A stretch of 50,103 bases of DNA from Bacteroidota bacterium (GCA_004292785.1 RDXG01000200.1:1-50103); one strand, 5' to 3'; positions 35,303 to 45,549 are shown, counted from the stretch's first letter. Made by a program: numbers and translations. The notes: generated by a model not told the origin, from the sequence alone.

Positions 35303-36283
35303 TCAAAAAAACAACTTTTTCCAAGTTCCTTTCATCAAATTATATTTAATTGTACTTGGCAGAGATTTCCAAAAATATTTATTCATTTCAACAGCAAAAG
35401 AAGGCTGCATATAACAATTAATAGCGCAACCTTCGCAAGCCGAATATTTGCCTTCTTGAGAAATCAAATGTTGTATTTTGGGAGAACGATAAAGGTTAAA
35501 TAATTGATTATCAATAGGAAAACTCTCAATTTCCAAATGATAACAAGGCAAAATTAATTCATTTTTTGGGGAAATAACAATGGTACTGCTTGCTGCCTTA
35601 CAAATTGGTTTTTCGATATGATTTCCACCATCTTTTCGCAAAGCAATAAAACCTTCATTCATAAAAATATTTTTTTTCTTTGCCCAAAAAGCCAATTTTT
35701 CTAAAGATTTGTCAGACAATCCCATCCGATTATCGATGGCGTGATAGTCAAAAATTGGGTTTAAAATCAAAACCAAATGGTTTGGCAAAGCAATATTTTT
35801 CCAAACATCTTCTATTTGATCAATATTTTGGTCGGAAACGGTAAATAAAATATCAGGTTTTTCGCCTAATTTTTTCGCAATTTCAATAGATTTTAACAAA
35901 GAATCGAAACATTTTACGCCTCTGGACAAATCATGTTCTTGAGCAAAAGCAGAATCTAGCGAAAAATGCAACATATCCACATTTTTTTGCAATTTTTCGG
36001 CATATTTTGGGTATAATAAGGTATTGGTGGTTAAAGTTGTTACAAACCCAAAAGATTTTGCAAGTTCACAAATTTCTGCAATTTGTCTGTGTAACAAAGG
36101 TTCTCCGCCTGTCAAATCTATGATTTTTACACCTAAACGTTTCAAATCGGCAAAATTTGCTTGAATATTCTCCAAACCTGCATAAGGCGAAGGGCGTTCC
36201 CAAATGTCGCAAAAACTACAAGTTGCGTTGCAACGATAAGTCAAATAATAATTACAAAGCACAGGGTTTTTAACGATTCGCAT
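35303..36283 (-). CDS. radical SAM enzyme with C-terminal Cys-rich (SPASM/twitch-like) extension
   Basis: CNATCSFC (CxxxCxxC) at residues 18-25, GGEPLL, and C-terminal cysteines (CKAASS...LPC, CEGCAINC). 326 aa. Confidence 0.85.
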   Translation of the reverse strand: MRIVKNPVLCNYYLTYRCNATCSFCDIWERPSPYAGLENIQANFADLKRLGVKIIDLTGGEPLLHRQIAEICELAKSFGFVTTLTTNTLLYPKYAEKLQKNVDMLHFSLDSAFAQEHDLSRGVKCFDSLLKSIEIAKKLGEKPDILFTVSDQNIDQIEDVWKNIALPNHLVLILNPIFDYHAIDNRMGLSDKSLEKLAFWAKKKNIFMNEGFIALRKDGGNHIEKPICKAASSTIVISPKNELILPCYHLEIESFPIDNQLFNLYRSPKIQHLISQEGKYSACEGCAINCYMQPSFAVEMNKYFWKSLPSTIKYNLMKGTWKKLFF

Positions 36284-36403
36284 TTTATTTTATTTTTATT
36301 TTTATTTTTGCCTAAAATTAGAAAATAAATATTTGTTTCATTTGCAAATTTGTTTTTTTTAAAACATATTTGTCATATATTACTTTAATGGACTTACGCA
36401 AAT

Positions 36404-36493
36404 CTTAAATTTTGAAGCCTGTACCGCAAATATTCCTGTTTGCGATTAAGCCACAAACGCAAGGCAGGAATGTTTGCGATACATTTTGCGTAA
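36404..36493. repeat. ~90-nt compound hairpin with six CGCAAA/TTTGCG motifs
   Basis: Outer stem TTACGCAAA (36404-36412) / TTTGCGTAA (36485-36493). Middle 18-bp stem 36421-36438 / 36465-36482 with one mismatch and one G-T. Apical TTGCG/CGCAA. Visibly GC-richer than its flanks. Confidence 0.8.
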
Positions 36494-36529
36494 CTCCTAC
36501 TTAATAAATTGAAATATTTTTTTATATTT

Positions 36530-38626
36530 ATGATGACAGACAAAACGGACAACATACGCTACGTTGATTATATTGTGGTGGTGCATGGCATAGGCGAACA
36601 ACGAATAAATGAAACAATTTTGCCCGTCATTAACCGAATCGCAGAACTTCGACATGGGAAAATTCGCCCTGATTTGAAAGAAATTATTTCCTTAGGAATG
36701 ATTACTTCGCAAACAGGAAAACCTTTTAAAACACAAGATGGCAAACCCTCTTATGCGGATTGCTATCCTTGGTGCGAATTTGATCAAATTCCGCAAAAAA
36801 AACCAAAAAATCCTGATGAATTGAAAACTTTTTATGGCGAACATTCTGAATCAGGTAGAAATTTGCGTTTTGTAGATATGCACTGGGCAGACATTATGCA
36901 AGAAAATTTTGCAGATGTGGGTGAGCCTGTCAAAAAATGGGCTGATGGTTTGGTGGCACGCCTTGAACTTCGTTTGAAAAAAGGAGATTTGCCTGATAAC
37001 GAACAATGGATTTTGCCTATTTTGTATCGTTTGGAGGAAGCAATGGTTACTATTCAGGCTTTGATGTCTATCAAAACGCCAGGAGTAAGTGACGAAATTT
37101 TTAACAAATATTTAGGAGATGTTCAAATTTATGGCGAATATTCTTCGGTACGGGGTCATGCTGTCAATCGTTTTCATAAACTGTTTCGTAAAATTGAAGA
37201 CGAACACGTCAAACTTCATAGACTAGACGAAAAATATTACAACGCCAAACGCAATCAGTATATTAAGCCAAGATATACCATTCTTTCGCATAGTTTGGGA
37301 ACGGTCATGGCACTCGATTCGCTGATGTATGCCCACATTTCTACCAAAATATTAGATAGAGACGATTTTTATCCTAATGTTCCCTTTATTCAATATCAAA
37401 CCGAAAAAGTAAAAGATAAGCCTTATTTTGGTGATTATTGGATTCAAAATGTGGATTCTTGGATTACTTTGGGATCGCCAATCGATAAGTTTTTAACGCT
37501 TTGGTGGAACAATTACAAATATTTAGGCTTAGTTGGCGAAGAAATCCCGCCTTATTTTATTCCTGAAAATTTGCCAAAGATCAAACATTTTAATTATTGC
37601 GATGAGCAAGACCCTGTTGGACACTCTTTGGATTTGTTACGCGCTCGACCTGTTTATCACCGATATTTTGAATGTATTGAAGATTGCGTCTATAACCGTT
37701 ATGCTGTGCCTGGTGCTGCTCACGTGGACTATTGGACTGATACAGAACTCTTTAAAAGAATTTTGGACAACACCATTGATGGACACAAAAAAAATGTCAA
37801 AAAAGTAGATTTGATTGAAACTCAAAAAGATTTTGCCTACAAAGAAGGCATTTATTCCAAAATCTTATTTTTTACCTACTTCTTTTTTCCTATTATAGGG
37901 ACTTTGATTGGTACTTTGGGTTTTACTTCTGCTTTTTTAGCAGGCGAAGGTTTAACGACTCTCATTATTTCGGTGGCAATTTTTGTAATTACTATATATG
38001 TAACCCTTCGTTTTATTAAATTGATGATTTGGTGGCGGCAGGTGCTAAAAATTAAGCGGCTAGAAGATACCAAGCACCGAGAGATGAAACAAGGAAAAGC
38101 TGCAAATTGGTTTCATATCTTGATTCGCATATTGATAGGTTTTCATACTATTGGGGCGTTTATGTACATTCCAGAATTTGCACTTAACCATAAGGCACCT
38201 GAAGGAGGGGATGACACGATACTTGTTTTTGTAACTGCGATCATTGTTACAATTATTGTTCATTACAAATTTAGAACAATCAAAGAAAAAATACTGATCA
38301 ACGGACAAGAAGAAATGCTCGATGTTTCTGGCAAAATGACCAGTATTTTTGGAGGAATGCTTGCTTTATTGGTCTTAGTTTTATACTATTTTGATGTAAA
38401 CTTCCTTAAAGACTTAATGGGCTTAGAACCTAGTTATCATGTTAGTTTTGCAGCTTATTTTGGTATTTCTGCCGTACTTTGGTTCTATACACTGGCTTGT
38501 TTGTTAAGTGCTAAAAATGCCTTGAAAGTGATGATGCCTGTACAAAATACTGACAATGCAGCAGTTGCGAGTAGTATTGCCAATAGCAGTTCGCCTTCGG
38601 CAAATGCTCATACAACCACTGTTTAG
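36530..38626 (+). CDS. membrane-anchored alpha/beta-hydrolase-like serine hydrolase
   Basis: ATG at 36530 (the track start at 36509 is TTG). N-terminal ~440-aa soluble domain with HGIGEQ, a nucleophile elbow SHSLG, and candidate Asp (DEQDPVG) and His (GAAHVDYW). C-terminal ~250 aa with about 6 TM helices. Followed by a terminator. Confidence 0.75.
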   Translation: MMTDKTDNIRYVDYIVVVHGIGEQRINETILPVINRIAELRHGKIRPDLKEIISLGMITSQTGKPFKTQDGKPSYADCYPWCEFDQIPQKKPKNPDELKTFYGEHSESGRNLRFVDMHWADIMQENFADVGEPVKKWADGLVARLELRLKKGDLPDNEQWILPILYRLEEAMVTIQALMSIKTPGVSDEIFNKYLGDVQIYGEYSSVRGHAVNRFHKLFRKIEDEHVKLHRLDEKYYNAKRNQYIKPRYTILSHSLGTVMALDSLMYAHISTKILDRDDFYPNVPFIQYQTEKVKDKPYFGDYWIQNVDSWITLGSPIDKFLTLWWNNYKYLGLVGEEIPPYFIPENLPKIKHFNYCDEQDPVGHSLDLLRARPVYHRYFECIEDCVYNRYAVPGAAHVDYWTDTELFKRILDNTIDGHKKNVKKVDLIETQKDFAYKEGIYSKILFFTYFFFPIIGTLIGTLGFTSAFLAGEGLTTLIISVAIFVITIYVTLRFIKLMIWWRQVLKIKRLEDTKHREMKQGKAANWFHILIRILIGFHTIGAFMYIPEFALNHKAPEGGDDTILVFVTAIIVTIIVHYKFRTIKEKILINGQEEMLDVSGKMTSIFGGMLALLVLVLYYFDVNFLKDLMGLEPSYHVSFAAYFGISAVLWFYTLACLLSAKNALKVMMPVQNTDNAAVASSIANSSSPSANAHTTTV

Positions 38627-38652
38627 TTTTTATAAAAAAAATGTTTTTTTTT

Positions 38653-38683
38653 AATGACGGTAAAAAATACCGTCATTTTTTTT
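38653..38683 (+). terminator. intrinsic terminator after the hydrolase gene
   Basis: AATGACGGTA / TACCGTCATT stem followed by a T8 run. Confidence 0.8.
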
Positions 38684-38787
38684 GTCAAAAATAATGTTGT
38701 TAAAATATCAAAAAATGACTAAACTTTTTTGCAAAAACATAATCTAATTTTAGTTTTTCCTATCTTTGATCAAAAATATTCCTAGCC

Positions 38788-41700
38788 ATGCTAAAACAAA
38801 TTTTTTATATAATTTTAATTATTTTATTGCCTTTATCAAGTTTTGCGACCCATATTGTTGGTGGCGAAATTTCGATGACTCATCAACGAGGTACAACTTA
38901 TGAAGTTGCATTAATCTTGTATTTTGACGCAGTAAACGGCAATGTTGATGCTTTGGATCAAAACGTGGTCATCAATATTTTTGACAAATCTAACAATCGG
39001 TTTATAGAACGAATTGCCTTGCCAATCGTGAGCAGTGAATTAGTTCCTTATACCAATCCTTCTTGTGGAATTGGAGATTTGGTTACCAGAAGAATTGTTT
39101 ATAGGATAAACAAAACTTTCACTGCCTCTCAATACGCCAACACACAAGGCTATTATATGTCTTGGGAACGTTGTTGTAGAAATGGAGTTATTGACAATAT
39201 CACGCAACCTGGACAAGCTGGACAAGTTTTTTACATGGAATTTCCTGCAATGCTTCAAGGAAGAACACCATTTATCAATTCTTCTCCGCAACTTTTTCCG
39301 CCTTTGAGTGATTATGCTTGTGTAGGTCGTCAATTCTATTTCAATTTTGGAGGCAAAGACCCTGACGGAGACGAATTAAGATATTCGCTTTCTGTGCCTA
39401 TGAGAGGATTTTCCAATACCCAAGACCCTAGACCAACTACGGCAAATCCTGCACCTTATCCCTTAGTTTCTTGGAAAGCAGGTTATGATGTAAACAAAAT
39501 GGTTACAGGAACACCAGCCCTACAAATAGACAAAACAGGTTTAATTACCGTTACACCCAATAAAACAGGACTTTTTGTGTTTTCCATTCGTTGCGACGAA
39601 TACAGAAATAACGTAAAAATTGGCACAGTGATCCGAGATTTTCAGATGTTGGTCATCGATTGCAAATTTAATTCTCCGCCAACAGCTCAACTGCGCTTGC
39701 CAAATTCTACTGCAACTTACAACGAAAAAGACACCATTATTTTTAAAGTTAAAGACAACAATAAATGTTTAGATTTGGTCATTACAGATAACGAGGGCGG
39801 TGAAATTGAAGGCAGAATTTTGTCTATAAACGGCTCTAATATTGGCACAGTTACGCCTAGTTCAGGCACAATTACAAATCCTAGACAAGGTTTGACTTGG
39901 CAGGCTTGCGTGCCAGATTGTCCAGGAACGGCATTAAGCAAAACCTACATTATGGACATTATTGTACAAGACAAAGGTTGTAGTGTAGGTTTGACCGATA
40001 CTGTGCGAGTCATTGCAAAAGTGATCAACGAACCGAACAACAAACCTGCCGTAAAAACCAATCTTAGCATTTATGATGACAAAAAAAAGGAATACACCAT
40101 CACCGTAAAACAAGGTGAAAACCTAAATTTTAATGTGTTGGGAGACGATGTGGACAAAAATACGGTAATTAGCGCTTTGCAAGGAATCGGATTCAGTCCC
40201 ACAGGTTTGGGCATGACTTTTACAAATGTATCAGGAAACCCGCCGCTTACTTCCAAATTTAATTGGAAAACACCTTGTAACTTATTGACAGCAAACGAGT
40301 TAAGCAAAACTTATAATTTGCAATTTGTTCTAAAAGACGACATTAAATGTGGTTTATCAAAATCGGATACAATCAAAGTAAAAATTATTGTTGAAAACAA
40401 AGCGCAGGTAAATAATCCGCCAAAAATTACGGCAAACCTCAAATATGACAGCATTAAACGCATTTATTCGGACACTATTATTATTGGAACGACCAAAAAC
40501 TATTCGATCCTTACTTCCGACAAAGATTTGGATAGCGTAGCCATTGCTTTCAATTTAAAAGATTTTCCGAAAGGTTTAGAATCTTTTGGTTGGAAAACCA
40601 CCAAATCAAGCGGATTAGCACCACTTTTTACTACCGCAACTTTTCAACCGAATTGTAATTTGCTTTCCGACAAGGACTCGATAAAAGTGTTTGAAATGAC
40701 CGCCAAAAGTACCGATTTTGATTTGTGCAACAAGCCTTTAAAAAGCGATTCGACCACGATAAGGCTAGTAGTGATCAGAAAAAGTAATAAAGCACCAAGC
40801 GTAACGACAAGTTTGAAATTGATCGATAAAATCAAAAAAATATATTCAGACACGCTAACCATTGGGCAGAGCATTAGTTTTGACATCACAGGCGATGATC
40901 TGGACAAAGATTCCATCTTTTTGACTTTGCGATCTCTGGGTTTTGATTACAAAAAACTCAATATGAAATTTGATTCTGTGGCAGGAAAACCCGTTTTAAC
41001 CCAAAAACTAACTTGGAAAACAGATTGTACCATGCTCACGAATCAGGACAGCGCACGCACTTTTAAACTCAAATTTTTGGTCAATGATTTTAGAGAATGT
41101 GGACAGAAAAAATTTGACAGCGTAACCGTAAATTTGGTTTTAAAACCAATTTTAAAGAAAAACACGCCACCAATAATTTCTTCGCCTACACTAAAATTCG
41201 ACACAAAAAACAAAATGTATATCGACACCATCGAAGTCGGAACTTTGGTTCGTTTCAATGTTTTGGCAGACGATTTGCAAAAAGATTCCTTGCTTTTAAC
41301 AGCTTTTGGCAAAGATTTTAAATTTTCTGATTTGGGAATGAAATTTACTTCCATTAGCGGCTTGCCAATTTTAACTTCGCCTTTTGAGTGGCAAACTTCT
41401 TGCAAAACCTTAGATTTGGCAAAAAAAGAGTTTCAAAAAGAATTTGTTTTGAATTTTGTAGGCAAAGATTACACCGATTGTCGCCCATCTTTGTCCGACA
41501 CCACAAAGGTAAAATTGGTTTTGCGTTTCAAACCTACACCCAATGTTGCGCCTGTAATTAGTGCAAACAATTTGGCTTTGCAACGACCAAAAAATTATTT
41601 TACAAGCATTTTGGCGGGAGAAAACATCAATTTTCAAGTGTTGGGAACAGACGTGAACGCAGACAGCATCGAAATTCAAGGTTACGGAGTTGGTTTTAAA

Positions 41701-42543
41701 TTTTCGGATTTGAACATGAAATTTACTTCTGTTTCGGGGATTGCACCGCAAACTAGCAATTTTTCTTGGCAGACCGATTGCAAATTTTTGAATGGTAGCC
41801 CCGACGCACAAGATTTTAGGGTGGTTTTTGTAGTCCGAGATAAGCGTGCTTGCGGACTTTCCGATTATGACACGATCAGAGCTACTTTTAACGTAAAACC
41901 AATTCCGAATAATAACAAGCCAACAATTTTGGCAGAATTGATAAAAACGCAAAATAAAGTTTATGAGGCAAACGTTTCGCCAAACCAAAACTTTGTTTTT
42001 AAGGTCATAGGTGATGATTTGGACAAAGATCAAATTTCTATAACGGCATCAGGCGTAGGTTTTAATTTGTCCGATTTTGCCATGAATTTTCCTGCCATAA
42101 ACGGAATTGCTCCGCAATCAGGCAATTTTACATGGACTCCAACCTGCGATATGCTTGCCAAAAAATCCGATTTTCAAATCAAATTTTTTGTAAACGACAA
42201 AACGCTTTGCAAACAAGATCAAGGTGATACCATTTTGGTAAACCTAAAACTCAAAGACATTGCGGTTTCGAAAGATTTTTTGCCCGCCAATGTTTTTACG
42301 CCAAACGGAGACGGCAAAAACGACAAATTTAGTTTGCCAAATTTGCCACCTGATAATTGTCAAGACGAATTTTTGCGCATCGAAATTTACAACCGTTGGG
42401 GCAAAAGTGTGTTCGAAAGCAATAATCGAAATTTTGAATGGGAAGGTAAAAATTTCCCAGATGGCGTATATTTTTATACCATATTTTTCAAAAATTCACA
42501 ATTTAGAGGCAGTGTTAGCTTAATTGGAGGGGGAGGAAACTAA
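38788..42543 (+). CDS. large repetitive surface protein with T9SS type-B (gliding motility-associated) C-terminal sorting domain
   Basis: Signal peptide and six ~125-aa tandem modules, each with a conserved Cys pair. C-terminus: FTPNGDGKND ... IYNRWG ... WEGKNFPDGVYFY. Confidence 0.88.
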   Translation: MLKQIFYIILIILLPLSSFATHIVGGEISMTHQRGTTYEVALILYFDAVNGNVDALDQNVVINIFDKSNNRFIERIALPIVSSELVPYTNPSCGIGDLVTRRIVYRINKTFTASQYANTQGYYMSWERCCRNGVIDNITQPGQAGQVFYMEFPAMLQGRTPFINSSPQLFPPLSDYACVGRQFYFNFGGKDPDGDELRYSLSVPMRGFSNTQDPRPTTANPAPYPLVSWKAGYDVNKMVTGTPALQIDKTGLITVTPNKTGLFVFSIRCDEYRNNVKIGTVIRDFQMLVIDCKFNSPPTAQLRLPNSTATYNEKDTIIFKVKDNNKCLDLVITDNEGGEIEGRILSINGSNIGTVTPSSGTITNPRQGLTWQACVPDCPGTALSKTYIMDIIVQDKGCSVGLTDTVRVIAKVINEPNNKPAVKTNLSIYDDKKKEYTITVKQGENLNFNVLGDDVDKNTVISALQGIGFSPTGLGMTFTNVSGNPPLTSKFNWKTPCNLLTANELSKTYNLQFVLKDDIKCGLSKSDTIKVKIIVENKAQVNNPPKITANLKYDSIKRIYSDTIIIGTTKNYSILTSDKDLDSVAIAFNLKDFPKGLESFGWKTTKSSGLAPLFTTATFQPNCNLLSDKDSIKVFEMTAKSTDFDLCNKPLKSDSTTIRLVVIRKSNKAPSVTTSLKLIDKIKKIYSDTLTIGQSISFDITGDDLDKDSIFLTLRSLGFDYKKLNMKFDSVAGKPVLTQKLTWKTDCTMLTNQDSARTFKLKFLVNDFRECGQKKFDSVTVNLVLKPILKKNTPPIISSPTLKFDTKNKMYIDTIEVGTLVRFNVLADDLQKDSLLLTAFGKDFKFSDLGMKFTSISGLPILTSPFEWQTSCKTLDLAKKEFQKEFVLNFVGKDYTDCRPSLSDTTKVKLVLRFKPTPNVAPVISANNLALQRPKNYFTSILAGENINFQVLGTDVNADSIEIQGYGVGFKFSDLNMKFTSVSGIAPQTSNFSWQTDCKFLNGSPDAQDFRVVFVVRDKRACGLSDYDTIRATFNVKPIPNNNKPTILAELIKTQNKVYEANVSPNQNFVFKVIGDDLDKDQISITASGVGFNLSDFAMNFPAINGIAPQSGNFTWTPTCDMLAKKSDFQIKFFVNDKTLCKQDQGDTILVNLKLKDIAVSKDFLPANVFTPNGDGKNDKFSLPNLPPDNCQDEFLRIEIYNRWGKSVFESNNRNFEWEGKNFPDGVYFYTIFFKNSQFRGSVSLIGGGGN

Positions 42544-42550
42544 GAATTTC

Positions 42551-42587
42551 AAAAAATTAGCCAATTTTTGTGTTGGCTAATTTTTTT
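42551..42587 (+). terminator. intrinsic terminator after the adhesin gene
   Basis: AAAAAATTAGCCAA / TTGGCTAATTTTTTT stem including a T-run. Confidence 0.8.
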
Positions 42588-42776
42588 ATCCAATTTCAAA
42601 GCAGTTGTGTTAGGCTTACAAAACAATTTATTATTCCTAAATTGAACAACATAATTGTCCGAAAATGTACGTTTTTTTATTTTTAAAATAGTTAAATAAT
42701 TGATAATCATTGTTTTATAAATTGGCATTACGATTGACAAATTTTAACTATTCTCTGCATTTTCGCAATTATTCCC

Positions 42777-45485
42777 ATGAAAAAAATCTTTTTATTCCTA
42801 ATTTTTGCTTTTTTTAATAGCATTTTATTCGCCCAAAATTCAGGCGTAAACGGCTTCATTCGCAGTTCTACAGGCGAAAAATTGGCTTATGCAAACATTT
42901 ATGTCCAAAATACTTCCAACGGAACGGTCAGCAATCAGGAAGGAAAATACGAATTTAAACTTCCCGCAGGCAAATACAATTTGGTTTTTCAATATTTGGG
43001 CTATTTGGCAGTTGTAAAAACCATAGAAATCAAAGACGATTTTCAACGCCTCGACATCGTTTTGGAACAGCAGGCTTTGGTACTGCCCGAACTCGTTTTT
43101 GGTGGCGGAAAAGAAGACCCCGCCTATACAATTATGCGAAAAGCCATTGCCAAAAGCAAATTTCATTTGATGCAAATTCAAAGTTATGATGCACGCATTT
43201 ATGTAAAAGGTAGCGGAAGAATCGTAGAAGTTCCTTGGCTACTTCGCAAAAAACTCAAAGAGGAAGGCATCGATTCTAACAACGTTTTTATGACCGAATC
43301 TGTGGCAGATTTGCATTTTGAACAACCCAACACCTACCGCGAAAAAGTGATCGCCATTCGCAGTACAGGCAAAGACAATGAAAATTCTTCGCCAAATGGC
43401 TACATTTACAGCAGTTTTTATAGCCCCGAAGTAGTAGAGTCTATTTCGCCACTTTCGCCAAAATCTTTTGCCTATTACAAATTTCATTATGAAGGTTCTT
43501 TTTTGGATCAAGGCGTAGAAATTAACAAAATCAAAGTCATTCCCAGAGTTCGAGGAGAAGGTGTTTTTGAAGGTTTTATTTACATCATCGAAGACAAATG
43601 GAGCATTCATAGTTTGAATTTGACTACCGTAAAAATGGGTTTTAACTTCAATATGAAGCAAATTTACGCAGCTGTCGAGGCAAAAATTGCGTGGATGCCC
43701 GTTAGCCATCGCTTCGAAGTAAATGGTAGTTTTTATGGATTCAAAGTCGAATACAATTATGTGGCAACGGCAGGAAATTATAAAATTGTGTTAAATCCTA
43801 GCCTTGTGGACGACATCAAAATTATCGATGAAAATGTAGAAAAAGAGCGCGCCAAAAAAATTTCACCGCTTAAATTTGACAAAAAAGAAAATACAGAAGA
43901 GGAATTAGGCAAAATACTTTCCGAAAAAAAGGAATTGACCAGAAAAGATATGAAAAAAATGGTGCGTGAAATGGAAAAGCTAGAAGAGAAAGAGCGCGCC
44001 GAAAAGAAACCTGATTCGGTGGATATTGTAAGCAACAGAAGCATCAAAATTGACTCTTTGGCACGCAAAAAAACCATCGATTTTTGGAACGAAACCCGAC
44101 CTGTACCTTTGACTGCACAAGAAATTAAATCTGAAATTCGGGCAGATAGTTTGAAAATTGTCGATGCCGTAAAAAACAAAGAAAAGCAAGAAAAAGACTC
44201 ATTAGGAAACAAGAAAAAAAAGGAGTCAGACTCTGATTTTTTTGATATTTTGGGCAATAAATCTTGGAAAATGGGCAAAAAAACGGCTACTTATTTGGAA
44301 TATCAATCCCCGATTACTAGCCCAACTTACAACACAGTCGAGGGTTTTGCCTTTAATTTTGGCTTGGGTTTGCGAGGCAGTAATTCGCAAAAAATTGAAA
44401 ACTTAAAAAATGATTCTACCCAAAAAATAAAGCCTGAAATTGCATATAAAAGTTGGAATTTGATGGCTTTGGGGCGTTATTCCTTTGCGCGAAATGTACT
44501 TATTGGCAAAATGACTTTTGATTATAATTTTGGAAAAAACAGAAATTTTGTCTTCGAAGGAGGGCGTTTTGTGGAACAAATTAATCCCGAAAAACCGATC
44601 AGCAATTTCGTAAACAGCATAACGACCTTGTTTTTAGAACAAAATTGGCTAAAATTGTATGAAAAAGATTATGTTTTAGCAGCTTATCAACAAAAATTTT
44701 CTGATGCTTGGAATGGCGAAATAAGTTTGCAATTTGCGAACCGAAAAAGCCTAACAAATCATTCGACTTACCGAATTGTTGAACGTGCAAATGTGGCTTT
44801 TACGCCCAACGAACCCGTAAATGCGAGCCTAAATCCGACTGCTTTTGACCCGCACAATGCCCTGACTTTTGCCTTAAAAGCCGAATACAAACCTTTTCTT
44901 AAATACAGAATTTCGAACCAACGAAAAATTATGATCGAGGATTCTTCGCCTATTTTTTCTTTCAATTATCGAAAAGGCATAGAAGGCATTGCGGACAGCA
45001 AAACGGATTTTGATTTGATCGAAATTGGCATGAAACACAGTTTGAAAGTAGGTAGGCGAGGAGTTTGGAGTTTTTCGACTAAATTGGGAGCTTTTTTGAA
45101 CAAAAACGTACTTTATTTTCCAGATTTCAAGCATTTTGATGGCAACAGAACGCCAATTCAAACCAGCCACGACAAATTTCGTTTGCTCGATTATTATCAA
45201 TACAGCACTGCCGATCAATATGCACAAATTTTAACAAATTATCAATTTCGAAAATTGCTTTTGACCCAATTTACTGCCCTTCGTTTTATGGGTTTTAAAG
45301 AAAATATTTTTGTCAATTATTTGGCAAGTCCACAGTCCAAAAATTACATGGAAGTGGGTTATGGTTTTGATGGAATCCTCGAAATTTTGCGTTTGGAGGC
45401 AATTGCGTCTTTCCAAGATGGCAAATATTTGGATTATGGTTTCAGAATTGGCATTGTAAAAAGTTTTGGCGGAATAAATTTTTAA
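42777..45485 (+). CDS. carboxypeptidase-regulatory-like domain / DUF5686-type outer membrane protein
   Basis: Signal peptide, a CarboxypepD_reg-like N-domain (GFIRSSTGEKLAYANIYVQNTSNGTVSNQEGKYEFKLPAGKYNLVFQYLGY), and a long beta-rich C-terminal region. Confidence 0.75.
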   Translation: MKKIFLFLIFAFFNSILFAQNSGVNGFIRSSTGEKLAYANIYVQNTSNGTVSNQEGKYEFKLPAGKYNLVFQYLGYLAVVKTIEIKDDFQRLDIVLEQQALVLPELVFGGGKEDPAYTIMRKAIAKSKFHLMQIQSYDARIYVKGSGRIVEVPWLLRKKLKEEGIDSNNVFMTESVADLHFEQPNTYREKVIAIRSTGKDNENSSPNGYIYSSFYSPEVVESISPLSPKSFAYYKFHYEGSFLDQGVEINKIKVIPRVRGEGVFEGFIYIIEDKWSIHSLNLTTVKMGFNFNMKQIYAAVEAKIAWMPVSHRFEVNGSFYGFKVEYNYVATAGNYKIVLNPSLVDDIKIIDENVEKERAKKISPLKFDKKENTEEELGKILSEKKELTRKDMKKMVREMEKLEEKERAEKKPDSVDIVSNRSIKIDSLARKKTIDFWNETRPVPLTAQEIKSEIRADSLKIVDAVKNKEKQEKDSLGNKKKKESDSDFFDILGNKSWKMGKKTATYLEYQSPITSPTYNTVEGFAFNFGLGLRGSNSQKIENLKNDSTQKIKPEIAYKSWNLMALGRYSFARNVLIGKMTFDYNFGKNRNFVFEGGRFVEQINPEKPISNFVNSITTLFLEQNWLKLYEKDYVLAAYQQKFSDAWNGEISLQFANRKSLTNHSTYRIVERANVAFTPNEPVNASLNPTAFDPHNALTFALKAEYKPFLKYRISNQRKIMIEDSSPIFSFNYRKGIEGIADSKTDFDLIEIGMKHSLKVGRRGVWSFSTKLGAFLNKNVLYFPDFKHFDGNRTPIQTSHDKFRLLDYYQYSTADQYAQILTNYQFRKLLLTQFTALRFMGFKENIFVNYLASPQSKNYMEVGYGFDGILEILRLEAIASFQDGKYLDYGFRIGIVKSFGGINF

Positions 45486-45549
45486 AAAAATTAAAATATC
45501 CAAAACCTCTTTGCTAGTCAAAAAGTTGGGTAAAAAAAAGAAAAAATAT

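Noticed and set aside
35303-36283. Radical SAM enzyme as a prokaryotic viperin (pVip)-like antiviral enzyme, because NYYLTYRCNATCSFC resembles the viperin N-terminal cluster context.
   Set aside because: That motif context is common to many radical SAM families. This protein also has C-terminal auxiliary-cluster-like cysteines that viperins lack, and no nucleotide kinase or other typical neighbour is present.
36284-36310. (TTTTA)n / (AAAAT)n pentanucleotide run immediately upstream of the radical SAM start codon, considered as a slipped-strand phase-variation tract.
   Set aside because: The copies are few and imperfect, and the tract lies outside the coding frame. A-rich leaders are normal in Bacteroidota, which largely lack Shine-Dalgarno sites.
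42691-42712. Possible Fur box upstream of the DUF5686/carboxypeptidase-regulatory-like gene (aataatTGATAATCATTgtt) and within the 64-bp elements.
   Set aside because: Only the central TGATAATCA(T) matches the 19-bp consensus GATAATGATAATCATTATC. The flanking hexamers do not align without an indel. I keep it only as an alternative explanation within the TGATWATCA finding.
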